Positions 41,242 through 52,717 of a DNA stretch of 64,000 bases are shown one piece after another. The translations under genes were made by a program, and so were the position numbers. The notes beneath the pieces were generated by a model, which ran no database searches, was not told the DNA's origin, and worked only from the letters and a program-made list of their open reading frames with translations. The first letter of the stretch is position 1, and every line of letters starts with the position of its first letter. The stretch comes from Zygnema circumcarinatum SAG 698-1b (lineage: Eukaryota > Plantae > Zygnematophyceae), in assembly GCA_037447605.1 (NCBI GenBank), contig CM074816.1:2074525-2138524 (forward strand). Reading direction: 5' to 3'.

Positions 41242-44200
41242 CTATATACCCCACATGTTCCTGATGGTATTCCCTCGAACGTGGCCGTCTGAAGTCAGCT
41301 CCGACAGAACCCGAGCCATGGCATCGGCACATCGGCTTTCGCACATTGCAAGCTCCACAATCTGTTGCTCGTGTGCCAAAAACGTCTCGCGGTTGCGGAA
41401 TTCTGTTGCCAAGCTCTCCAAGGCGCTCGCTGCCTTCCGGCAAACCTCAGAAAGAGGATGGGGCACTTTCAGAATAGCTAGAAGCCGCCGAATGGTCCTG
41501 GTCAGTCGACGCAATTGACAAACACCATGAGCAGAAATGCTGGCCTTTGACGGCTTAATGATTCAAGAAACGAATGAGTACATGCTAGATGGGAAGGAAA
41601 CCGGGATAGGCCAGTATAGGCCAATTAAACAAAGACTAAGCAATATCTCAAGGCTCTTAGGCAGTTGAAGACTGTTAAGCGACACTTGCTGAATGCAAGT
41701 AAGCACCAGACGATAAAACTGAGCAGATGCAAGGGACGACTCACCATCGGTGCTGGCCAAGCTGCACCCGACAGACTGACGACGTGTCGGCATACGCTGC
41801 CAGCGCCCCCACGGCAGCTCCTTGCACCTCGGGATCGCTACTGCCCAGCAACTCCATGAGACGGGGAAAAACCTGCGCGACATCAAAGATTGAGGCAGGC
41901 TGCTGTATGTGGAGAAAAGCAACAAATTTAGCCCATCACCAATCATTTCCTGACAACCTGTTGCTCCTCACCACATATAGGAGTGCAATCTAGTCATCCG
42001 AAGCACCTCGGGTTGCGATGGTTGCTACCTGAGGCCCGAGCGCCAGCAACAGCGCCTCGTTATCGGGGTTCAGAAGCATTCTCGCCAAAGCCTCCGCAGC
42101 ACCACAGTGCCACGCCCACACATGCGAGTCCAGCATCCCAGAAATGGCTTCCTGCACCAAGTCCTCCCTGCATACAACACCACAGTACCCGTGAGCATCC
42201 CATGCATCAGATCAAAAGGGTCATAGCGAGACGCGGACTAATCGCCACACAAAGAAGATTATGTATGCAAGGCAGGAAACCTGTATCCTCATGTGCCTTT
42301 TTAAGCCATGAATAGAAAAAAAAATAAAAAGATTAAATAACGGAAGAGCCCCACTGACACAAATTGAGATTGCAACCCGGAGGTGGTATATCAGAAAGGA
42401 AGTAATATTTCTAAAGTATTGGCTAAGGGTGTCTAGGGAAAGAAGAGTAAGGTTCCCAGCCTAGGAAGGAAACGAGTGAAGCTACGGATCATTCAGATAA
42501 CGAGCAAAGTTAGACAGCAAGAAAATGCACTAAAAAAAAAGTTTCAAAACAGACGCATGCAAGTAAGACTATGGTAAGCCGAAACAATTTGGATTTCCCA
42601 CCCTACAACGGACCAGAAGCAAACTCTGAGTGAAGGCCAGAAAAAAACAAAAAAACACTCATTCAACAGAAACGACCCATCCAGTTTCCCTTCTTCAATG
42701 CACTGGTACATTTATCACAGAAACATGAATGGGCGTGAGCTCACCTAGAATGTGCGTCATACCCCACTTCTGAAGGAGGATGCGATAGCTGTCTTAAGTC
42801 TACAAAAGCTGCAATATTTACAAGCGTCTCTACTACATTCGTCACCAGTTCTTCATCCTCTGCAAAAAAGCGGCAAAGGTGTCACAAGATAAGCCAGGCC
42901 GACTGCATGTGCTTGGCGTGATGACAGCTACAACCTTTGCATCCTTTTGTGCAGCACGTAGGAACGATCAGGCAACAAAGGTATCACCTGTTTCACGATC
43001 CGCCATGCAGGTGAAGAGAGTTGCCAAGCAGCGCCAATTGCCAGCCATGAGCGGTGCACATTCAGGCAAAAAGGACAGGTTGCGCAAAATATTACTTGCA
43101 GCCACTGCTGCTTGCTGCCTTTCTGCTCTGCCTTGTTCATCAAGGTTAAAAATCCCATCCTCCATCCACCACCTCTCACCACTAGGCCCTGCTTCCCTTC
43201 CGTTCTGGGCATCCCTGCACATGTATCCGCGTGCGAGTAACTGTACTCAATAAGCCTTGCCCAAGCCGTTTACTGCACTGACCTGTATAGTAACGAGCAT
43301 ACTAAGTTGTCCTGTATTATTTTTCCACCAGGATGCAAAGGGGTTAAATTCCAGAAAATGAGTCGATAAAGCAACTTGTGGGGGTCTACCTCAAACGGCG
43401 CAACGGGTCGGCAGGATCCAGCCCTTCTGTTTCACTCGCCCCAAAGCCACTACACGCCTGGCTTGCGCCCAGCGGCCGCGGCCGAAGCAGCAGCTCAGCT
43501 TCCGAGGCAAACCCGACGTCTCGCCACTCATCAATCTGCACAGTTCAATGAACGGACCTCATGTTCACTGAGGGAACCATTCTGATGCGCGACAATGCTC
43601 TGCTAAAGGTTTGCACTCATCGGACGCCTAGGCACGTGTTGAATGCAAAGGACAGTTTTAAAAAATAAATAAACTGCAGATAAATAAGTGCGAGGCGTGG
43701 TGGTACCTGGCACATGATTAACGACCAGAGTATGCAGAAATTGACGCAATGTTGTATGGATAAGGGACACCAAAAGGACACATGATACTTCAAGGAACAA
43801 AAAAATACTGCACACCATAGACTTTTTGGGTGAAAGATCTTGCAACTAGCGTGGAAGCAGAAGCAAGCAACACCTGTGTGAAATACGTGGACAGGCATTT
43901 GGCGTCTGTGGCCTACGGGCATATGGAACGAGTATGGGAAGGACGGAGAAAGCACAACAGTTAACAGAATACATTTAGTATAGAAAAAAGCCATAGCGCA
44001 GAGAAGGGCGGGCGGACCAGGCGCAGGAGCGCGGGCAGCAGGTCGGGGTCGCGCGCCAGCAGCGGCTGCTCGCGGCGCGGGGCGTCCCGCGGCGCGCAGG
44101 CGAGCAGCGCGAGCGCGTTCAGGGCGGCGGCCACCTCGCTCTTCACGCCGCTCTGCAGCGCCAGCGCCAGCCCTCGCGCCTGCCGCTCTGCGCGCCCGCC

Positions 44201-44498
44201 CCCCGTCAGCGCGCCCCGGGCCGCGTGGGACCGACGAAGCCGGGGGCGGGGCCGGGAGCGGGGGCGGGTAAGAGGCGGTACCTGCGAAGGCGGCGGGCAC
44301 CTGCAGGAGCGGCCCAAGGCTGGGCAGCAGCGGCAGGCCTGCAGTCGCCAGCTGCACGCCGCTCGCGCCAAGCTCCGCCATGGCGTCCGCAACGGCAGTG
44401 GGCGGGTGGCGAGCGGAGCGCTTCCCAGGCGGTGCAGACGGCGAGGGAGCCGGCGTAGGTCGTGCAGCGGTCGGGAGGCCCGGCGGGGCGGCCGCCAT
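41242..44498 (-). CDS. LFR: Armadillo-repeat protein LFR (LEAF AND FLOWER RELATED; SWI/SNF ARID1 C-terminal-like subunit), 8 exons
   Basis: Exons 44282-44498, 44018-44187 (LALALQSGVKSEVAAALNALALL), 43390-43535 (IDEWRDV), 42988-43214 (WWMEDGIFNLDEQGRAERQQAAVAASNILRNLSF), 42745-42859 (EDEELVTNVVETLVN), 42029-42167 (AWHCGAAEALARMLLNPDNE), 41745-41872 and 41242-41497 (KVPHPLSEVCRKAA...RNMWGI*). These match Arabidopsis LFR motifs as remembered. Confidence 0.93.
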
Positions 44499-45147
44499 GG
44501 CCGCCGGCGGTGGGAGACACGGAGGGAAGAGGCCCTCTCCACTCCTTACCTCTCTCCTCGTCACTCGGAACAGCGAGGCGAGGCGGCGGTTCGGACAATG
44601 CCATCTGCGCTCGACAGCGTGACGTCACGTCACTCGCTGCGGACGCTGCCTCATTTCGGACGGACGGACGGACGGACGGAGGTGACGGAGCGCGGGGCAG
44701 CGCATTTCCGTCGCTCTTCAGCGTGGCCTCGCCTCTACGCTTCTTCGGCGTGAAGCTGCGGTTGTTGGTGATCGTGTTGGTGGACTTCCGCCGCTCCCTC
44801 CTCGAGATGTGCCTCACATCGGTGACCTTCGCGGCTGCTTCTAGGGGCTGCGTTGTTGTGCCTAGGCGTAGTTTTCCGCTCTTTGCTTCGTTTTATTGTG
44901 TTCAGGTCCTTTGCGACCAGTCCCTCGTGGTTCCATATTTTGCTTTTGTCCATGTACATTTGATGGCCTCGCCATCGTGAGTTCAATGAAATTTTCCACA
45001 CACTCCGATTTGGAACGGCTCTCGTGAGCCGAGACACAACATGATGTGACATAAGGGAGGGCGATGGCGACGTGTCTTTTCAACACAAAATGGTCATACA
45101 TACATACATACATACCTACATACCCAACGATAAAATATCAAAATAAT

Positions 45148-45419
45148 AGGGGGAGTCAGACCTTGACAGGCAAATCAATTTCGTAAGCGATTTAAGCATT
45201 GGCTAGGTACGCATTTCAATACGGCTGGGCTCGACGGAGCAACGGATCCCGACTCGTAATTTGTACGCGAAAAAAGTGACTTTTAATACAAGAAATTCGA
45301 GAATTTCGTAAGCGATGGTCAAGGTTTGATTCCCCTTAGTAGGGAATTTTGCGAAAAAGGAAAAGTTACAAAAGTACTCCTCGCAAAGGGATCGCGATGT
45401 GACCGGAGTACTACCCCCT
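45148..45419. mobile_element. Possible small MITE (272 bp)
   Basis: Ends AGGGGGAGT.../...TACTACCCCCT, flanked on both sides by AATAAT. Internal duplicated ATTTCGTAAGCGAT. Confidence 0.4.
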
Positions 45420-45745
45420 AATAATGATGTGAAAAGAAAAGACTCCGCACGCGGACGCTCCGCCACGAGGGGGGGCGCTGCCGGCCCGACCCGGCCCGGC
45501 CCGACCCGTTGCAGGCTGACTGACTGAGTGACTTAGTGACCCAAGCACACGGCACCCACCCGGCAACGCGACACACGACACAGAAGGAACACGCGCGGGA
45601 GGCTCTATTAAAGCGCTGCTGCTGCTGCGGCCGATGATAACACGGCTTGCACACCCTTGTGGGCGATAGCTACCAAAGCCTGGGTCTCCGCCGTCTGCTG
45701 ACCTAACACTATACAGACCTTTGTTCACTTTTGCTGCGCTCCGGC

Positions 45746-48700
45746 TCATGAGTATCCAAACGGGAGCGACAAGTTGTTGCCTTTGATGCGCATGCGCAGG
45801 CCCTGCGCGTTCACGTATCGGGAGAGCTTGGGAATGGGTGCGGGGTCGAGCTCAAGCCTGTCGGGGCCAGGCTGTGGAATCCTCCAATTGTGAGGAAAGT
45901 ACATGGAGTTGTTGGTCTCAAACTTGACATGCCACACATACACATCTTCGCAGTTGTTCGCCAGCGGCTCAAAATCTTCAGGCCCAGCCACCAGACGCTC
46001 CAAAAACTCAGTTTCGATGTATCTGCACATGTATAAAGACAAGTAACTTAAGAAATTAGCATTCCTCTTTCTCCAAGTGGTAATGCTTGTTAATCACTTG
46101 AAGGCAAAAAAAAATCTCATTAATCTGAACAACTGAAGAATCAAGACACAAGCCTTGCACACAGGTTTTCTCTTCCACATGGATGCACCGACGTTTTAAC
46201 ACTTCGCTTATATGAAATGCGAGAACGTGGCGCAGGTCAGGACGGCAAGACGAGAGCGGTCCAAGGAAGGGCCTGCTGCTGCTGCTTACGTTGGCTTGCC
46301 TTGGAAGCGCACGGGGTGCACTGGGCGGCCCGTGGCCCGGTCCGGTTCGATCCACAGGAGTTCCGAGCTGCCCACGACGCCCCGCCCATCACCATGAAGA
46401 TGAGAATGGAAAGTACTCCATAAAATTCTGGATTCAGGATTAGTTATAGCAAACCGCTAACACATGTGGCCTGAGCTGAGCTGCACTGTATGCATGCCAG
46501 CCCCATGATCCCCTGTGATAGAACATCCCTCGCAATTCAAAATTTTCAAGTGCTTCTTGAAGCAACCCAAAAAAAAAAAAAAATCGTCCCAGCTTGCTTG
46601 CTCTAGTAGTAAAAGATTCCGAGGTTTCAGGCTCCCCAAAGTGTACGAAGATGGACACACGTTAATGCGCTGCCAGAGATCCTTGAAAAGTAAACATGGT
46701 GGACAGAAAAAACGTTAAAGCTCAGCAGTTGTTTGATTCATGTCCTATATATCAAGCTTGACAAACAGGAGATGCATTTCCCAATTTCCCACCACCAGGA
46801 AACAGTCTCTGCGGCAGCAACGTCCTGACAAAACGCACTGCCGTAAAAAAACGCATGTCGACGAAGCACTTCAAATTAAGCCATAACACCCTCTTTCAAG
46901 GAGAATCTTATTCATAGCCATACTTCTGTAAAGAGAGATGCACAAAACTTCTCAACTTACTTGAAGACGAAGCCAGACATGTCCACGGTGTATTTGCGCA
47001 TGACGTTTGGCGGCTTTCTTATCGACCATTCGAAACTTTCCCAGCCAACCACCTTGGGTTTTCCGTCTTCGCCAGGCCCAAGCAGAGCACGCTCAATGAA
47101 GGGTTCCAGCTGTCGCTGCGGCTCAAGGGCAATGTACTCCGTGTTCCACATGAATCCCACAGGGAGGATTCCAATTCGCTTCGTCTTCCGAAACTCTTCA
47201 AAAAGCTGGATCAAAGTTAAACGCAAAATGAAATGATACAAGGGACTACATGAATATGCAAGAAAGCCGAGATAGCCATAATCAAAGTCAGTGAAGTCCG
47301 CTGTTCAAGTTTGAGTACAAAGTGAACAGTGAAGTCTGGAATTCAAGAGGTTTTACATGATACAGCCGCAAGATAGATCGAGAGGGTCTTCAAGGGAGAG
47401 TACCATAGGATCGTATGCGTTGTCATCGTCCATGAAATAAATTAATCCCTTTATTTTGTTTTCCTGAATATAGTCCAATGCTGCATTCCGTTGCTCCATT
47501 CCTCGACTGATGGATTCAGTCTAAAGTTCATCACAAGCAAACAAGGAAGCGTTTTACACTTTTCGGCAGTTTCAAATGACGCCGATTCAAAAGAAGAATG
47601 AGATTGAAAAACAAACTGACCAAATAAAAAGATTTTGACTGGAGGGGCACTCGTGCTCCCTCTACGAACCACTCTCCTTTGTCGCCAAGAGCACAAAAAA
47701 AAAACAAGAGAGTCCACGAAGTAATCAAGCAGATACTCACTTTCCTCGGCGCAGCCAGATGTATATAATCAATCTTTTCGCACTCTTTTGATTTCCCTAA
47801 CCGCAGGCAACGCCCTGCCAGCCTCTCTAGTAACAGTGTTGTCTCCTCAGTCTGCCCACACGATGCAACAAATTCGCAGTGAACGAGAAGTGTGATCCAT
47901 CAGTACCAACCTCGCGACTAGACACCTTCAGTTTCCATAATTTAAGTTGCATCCAATCCGTTCACAATCTACTATCTGCTCACTCACATCTAGGATATTT
48001 GAGTTTAAGGCAGTCACATCCAAACTCTCCCTGCAAGGTAAACCAGACTGGTGGCTACCAACGATCGTCATTCTGGTTTAATGAATTACTCCAAGAACTT
48101 AATTGCTGATTCATATCGGAAAACATACATGAAAAGTGACAACGACGTAAGATCATAGACTCGGAGAGCATCTAACTCAAAGGTTTCTTCCTGGAGGTCA
48201 TGCGACGGTTTGTGCGTTACAAGGTCCTCGGTGGTGATCACATGCTCAATCCTGCTTCAACTCAATTGCTGCTTCAAATCTAGTTGCCTAAGGCAAAGCA
48301 GTCTGCAGCTAACAACGATCACAATTTAACTGTCTCGAGAGCCCACAGCCAGGTTTTTCCACAAACAAAACATTGCATGCAAACTGAAGAAATGACTTCC
48401 AAACTCTCTCTTCCATTATTCAGCTTTGAAGAACACCGATGCATACGTAAATCTCAGCCATTCGAGCCACGCAGGCAGACACGCCGAGTAGCATCTTGAA
48501 GCTAGCTGCCAGCTGATCCGTGTCTGGGGAACATTAAGTGGTGAGGAGCTCACCTTCTCGTGCATCTCCACTACGATCCACAGCAACGGCGCCTGGATGA
48601 CGCGCAAGATGGTCGTCATGCGCACCATATGCATTGCTTGCGTTGCCCGAACATATGTTGGAGTAATGCAGATCAACAACTTCTCCTGCGGTTCTTCTTC

Positions 48701-49054
48701 GTTATGTTTCTTGCAATCCTCTGCCGAAGCAGGAGGGCAGATACAGGAGCCGTCACTCGCACTGCTCAGTGGAGAAGAAGCGCCGAAGAAGGTCCTCATC
48801 AAGGCAGCAAAGGGCGTGTTGAATCTGGGTGTGGCGAAGCGAGAAGGACTGCCGTTGGCGAGTTCAGGCTGCGCGGAATAGGCGCAGGGCATAGCGGCGG
48901 CAGGGTTCCCATAGAAGAAGAGCAGTAGCACCGTTGCGATCAGCGCAATGATGGCGAGGTACGTCCACAGCCGCGCCACGGCGCCCGGCCGGCCTGCCAC
49001 CGCGACCACGCGCGCGGAGAAGCCATGGCGCGGGAGAGCCTGCGCCGCGTTCAT
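45746..49054 (-). CDS. Glycosyltransferase family 43 (IRX9/IRX14-like xylosyltransferase or glucuronyltransferase), 6 exons
   Basis: Exons 48554-49054 (type II TM helix; LICITPTY...LLWIVVE), 47741-47851 (TEETTLLL...IDYIHL), 47404-47520 (EQRNAALDYI...IYFMDDDNAYD), 46961-47205 (VVGW...VDMSGFVF), 46290-46367 and 45746-46022 (EPLANNCEDVYVWHVK). All are canonical GT43 motifs. Confidence 0.9.
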
Positions 49055-49450
49055 CGCCGCCACCGCTGCTCTGCCGCACCGCCCGCGCCGCGACGCCGGG
49101 AGGGAGGAGGGAGGAGGGAGGAGGAGAGGAAGGAGGGAGGAGGAGATGGAGGGCGGGCGGGAGGAAGGCAAGCAGGCGGAGGTGGCGAATGGCGACTGGC
49201 GAGTGAGAGGCGGCCTCGAACTCGGCCCGACGGACTCGACTGTTTTGGACCTGCGGGTAGGGATGGCCGGTTGTACGAAAATAATTATTTTTTACTACAA
49301 GCTCCCCCTAATATTTTCCACCCTCTTGCGTTCCCCAAGAAATTCGCCCTGATTTAGCCGAAACCACTATTAGTACGGTAACTCTGTGTTACTGTAATGT
49401 ATTAGGGGTGTTTAACCTAACCTGACCTATTTTTCAATACAAAATTTGTT

Positions 49451-50511
49451 GGAAAATGATACAGCGGCCCCACTTTTTGGATATCGACGCCCCCTTTTGG
49501 GAAAAATTGTACTTTTTTTTTTTGGCTAATCATCCCCCCCCTTGGATCTTTCGGGAGGAGAGATCTTGTAGACAATCGGACCCCGCGCCTCGCGCGCAGG
49601 ATCCGACCGTGCACCGACGTACGGCGCCGCGCATCGCGGCGAGGCCCGCGAGATGCGGTGAGCCTACGGAAACGTTGTCCTCACCTGACCCTTTTGGGTC
49701 AGAGGTTGCCACGTGGCAGTCTTCCATTGCACAGCCCTGCTGCCGGTCCCCCATGCCGATACAGTGGACCCCCATAATATTTTCGCCATGGTTTCGGCAA
49801 ATACTGGGCGAAAATATTGTAATTTGCAAATATAAGGTCCGTGTTACCAATAGGCGAGCGGTATTATGTTAGAGTTCATGTCTGTTCGTACGTATCGTAT
49901 CGTATCGTATCGTATCGTATCGTATCGTACCGTGATTTAGATACACGAGCTCCTATTGGTACCGTACGTATACCGTACGACTTATAGATTTTATTCGTAC
50001 TTACCGTACAGCGTAAAAGCGTGACCCATGTTTGAAATCCGTTTCGATTAACAGATTTTGTATTGGAGAATAGGTCAGGTTAGGTTAACACCCCTAATAC
50101 GTTAACATTGAGTTACCGTACAAAAAGGTGGTTTCGGCAAAATCGGGGCGAATTTCTTGGGAACGCACTGTACAAGGTGGAAAATATTATGGGGGTCCAC
50201 TGTATCGGCATGGGGGACCGGCAGCAGGGCTGTGCAATGGAAGACTGCCACGTGGCAACCTCTGACCCAAAAGGGTCAGGTGAGGACAACGTTTCCGTAG
50301 GCTCGCCGCATCTCGCGGGCCTCGCCGCGATGCGCGGCGCCGTACGTCGGTGCACGGTCGGATCCTGCGCGCGAGGCGCGGGGTCCGATTGTCTACAAGA
50401 TCTCTCCTCCCGAAAGATCCAAGGGGGGGTGATAATTAGCCAAAAAAAAGTACAATTTTTCCCAAAAGGGGGCGCCGATATCCAAAAAGTGGGGCCGCTG
50501 TATCATTTTCC
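49451..50511. mobile_element. Long-TIR MULE-like element M2 (1061 bp)
   Basis: Near-identical ~317-bp TIRs (49451-49768 and 50196-50511; GGAAAATGATACAGCGGCCCC...). 8-bp TSD AATTTGTT at 49443-49450 and 50512-50519. Confidence 0.9.
49769..50195. mobile_element. MITE M1, inner copy (427 bp, inverted relative to outer copy), forming the core of M2
   Basis: Termini CCCCCATAATATTTTC ... GAAAATATTATGGGGG. Contains a (CGTAT)n run. Segments are homologous to both halves of the outer copy. Confidence 0.8.
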
Positions 50512-52717
50512 AATTTGTTAATCGAAACGGGTTTCAAACATGGGTCACGCTATTCCGATGTACGGTATGTACGAATAAAATCTCTAGATTGTACGTTATA
50601 GGTACGGCACCAATAGGAACTTGCGTAGCTAAATGTACGGCACCAATAGGAGCTCGCGACAGGGACCGCCGGGCGGCCAGCGCCTCCGTACAGAGAGAAA
50701 CAGTACGGCCGCAGGCCGGACTCTAACATAATACCGCCTGCCTATTGTTAACACGGACTTCCTTATATTTGCAAATTCCAAGATTTTCGCCCAATATTTG
50801 CTGAAACTGGCGAAAATATTAGGGGGCCGGTATGTATATAAATAAGGAATTACTATTTACACACCTTTTCGTCTAGATCCACAGCTTTAAAAAAACCAAT
50901 ACCAAGGAAACCCTAAAATAAAATTTGACCGGTGAAAAAAGGTGTGTATCTAGACAAAAATGGTTTGTAAATAGCATTCTCCTAAAATTAACATAAAATT
51001 ATAACATATTATGGGCATTCCTAGTTGCGAGTTGCGAGTGAGTTTTGCGACCCGATCCGCATCCGGTTTGTGCTCTGCGCCTCTGCGGTGGGCATGGCAA
51101 GGGGCCAGCGTCGGGCGTGCGGGCCTGCAAGCAGGATTTTGATACCGGTGACGTACTGGGCTGCCCTCCCGCAGTGTAACTGAGAGTGTTTGTGTCCCAA
51201 GTTCCTGAAGAGTCCAACTCCGTTTCAAAGCCTTGCCTCGGCAACGCAAAAAGCAAACGCGCTGTGTGAACGACAGGGCAGTGCTCATGTGCGTGTGTTG
51301 CAAAATGTAAATACAACGCATGAATGCTCACACCTACGACTGTACTACTAACGCAAGGTCAAGCAGAGGGCGCACGACGACACACGATGAACATACCAAT
51401 CCAAACGTGAACAGCGATGCCTCCTCACAATGCAGCATTTGCGGGAGGGCCATCACAGGATCCACCTCCGCGCATTGAATCCCCTCTGGACAAGGATGAG
51501 AACTGCCCGGGGCATAGCTGAAAGCACTCAGCCGTGCCAATCGCTGGAAGCGCATCAGACCATGTCCGTTTCCACCACATCAAAGCGTCCTCCGTGCGTG
51601 CTAAAGAATTCCGCCTCATTTCATGGTCACCCTGTCCCTTGCACACCTGCCTTCCCCCGTCTCTCAGTCGGCAGTCTGTGCCAACCGATTGAGAAGTTCG
51701 CCCGGTGCTCACACAGGCATCGAAACAAGGTGCCCCCGGCTGAAGCTCAAGTGTCACGGTCAACCGAACAACAGCCCACCATTCAAAAGGACCACGCTAC
51801 TTTCCATCCAGCAGCCATCTCTCAGGGAGCACCGTTTATTGCAACCCATCATTTGCCAAAACTGGCCTTCCGCATAGAGCCAAAGCTACGGGCCCAAAGC
51901 GACGCTCGTACTGCTCTGCTCCTAGAGTACAAAAAGGTACACAATTGAATAACAAATCCTACAAACCAACGAGACTACACAACTCTTCCCACCATGTGTT
52001 GGAGAAAGGCCGCCGGAGAGGCCTCACACTTCCCAGCACATAATCTCGACAGTTCTTTTCCTAATCTGCAGCGCTGCTGCCGTGCAATTTTTGCTTTAAA
52101 ATTCACCCTTCCCTTGCCTTGAATGGAAAACAATGTACCTGCTGCCAAAGCGCCCTATTGAGGACTCCACTCGTCTGCCACTTTTCTTCCCGCAACGCTC
52201 GGCCGCCGTATGAAATTTGAAATGAAGAGAGAATTGACCGCTTACATCACAATAATGAGACATACATAAATTGACAGGGCCTTCGACCGGTCGGCATTAC
52301 ATACATCGTTCACAGAGTCTTCCGAATACCGCCCGCGTCTGACTGCCGCTTCCATGGGCTGCCACCGCCATCGCTCAGGCTCAGGCTGTTCCAGCAACAG
52401 CTTGTCGACAAAAAAAGCCAATCAATGTTCGATGGTCAACGCGTCTGCTGCATGTTCCTCCGAAGCCGCCGACACGTGATGTTACCCCTTGAGCCGGTTC
52501 ACTGTATTCCTATAATTAGCAGATCAATGGAGATGCCTCCACAGATGTCTCAAATGTGGACCATAGCAGAGACCCCTTTTTTATCAGCCCCAGACAACTA
52601 ACACCAAAAGATTTACTACATTTCAACCCAACCCCAACATCATCTCCAAGGGACCGTTGAACGAATCTGCCTCCCAAAGCGCATAATGTGGATGAAAGGT
52701 CAAAAAAGCGGGAAACA

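Larger units (their letters stand above)
49304..50826. mobile_element. MITE M1, outer copy (49304-49450 + 50520-50826), interrupted by element M2
   Basis: Termini CCCCCTAATATTTTC ... GAAAATATTAGGGGG. The rejoined halves match the reverse complement of the intact inner copy across the junction (CAATACAAAAT.TGTTAATCGAAAC). Confidence 0.8.

Noticed and set aside
50950-52700. ORFs of 73-172 aa between the nested MITEs and the Pumilio stop codon
   Set aside because: No recognisable motif or consistent splice chain was found. This could be 3' UTR or a small unknown gene, but it cannot be supported from sequence alone.
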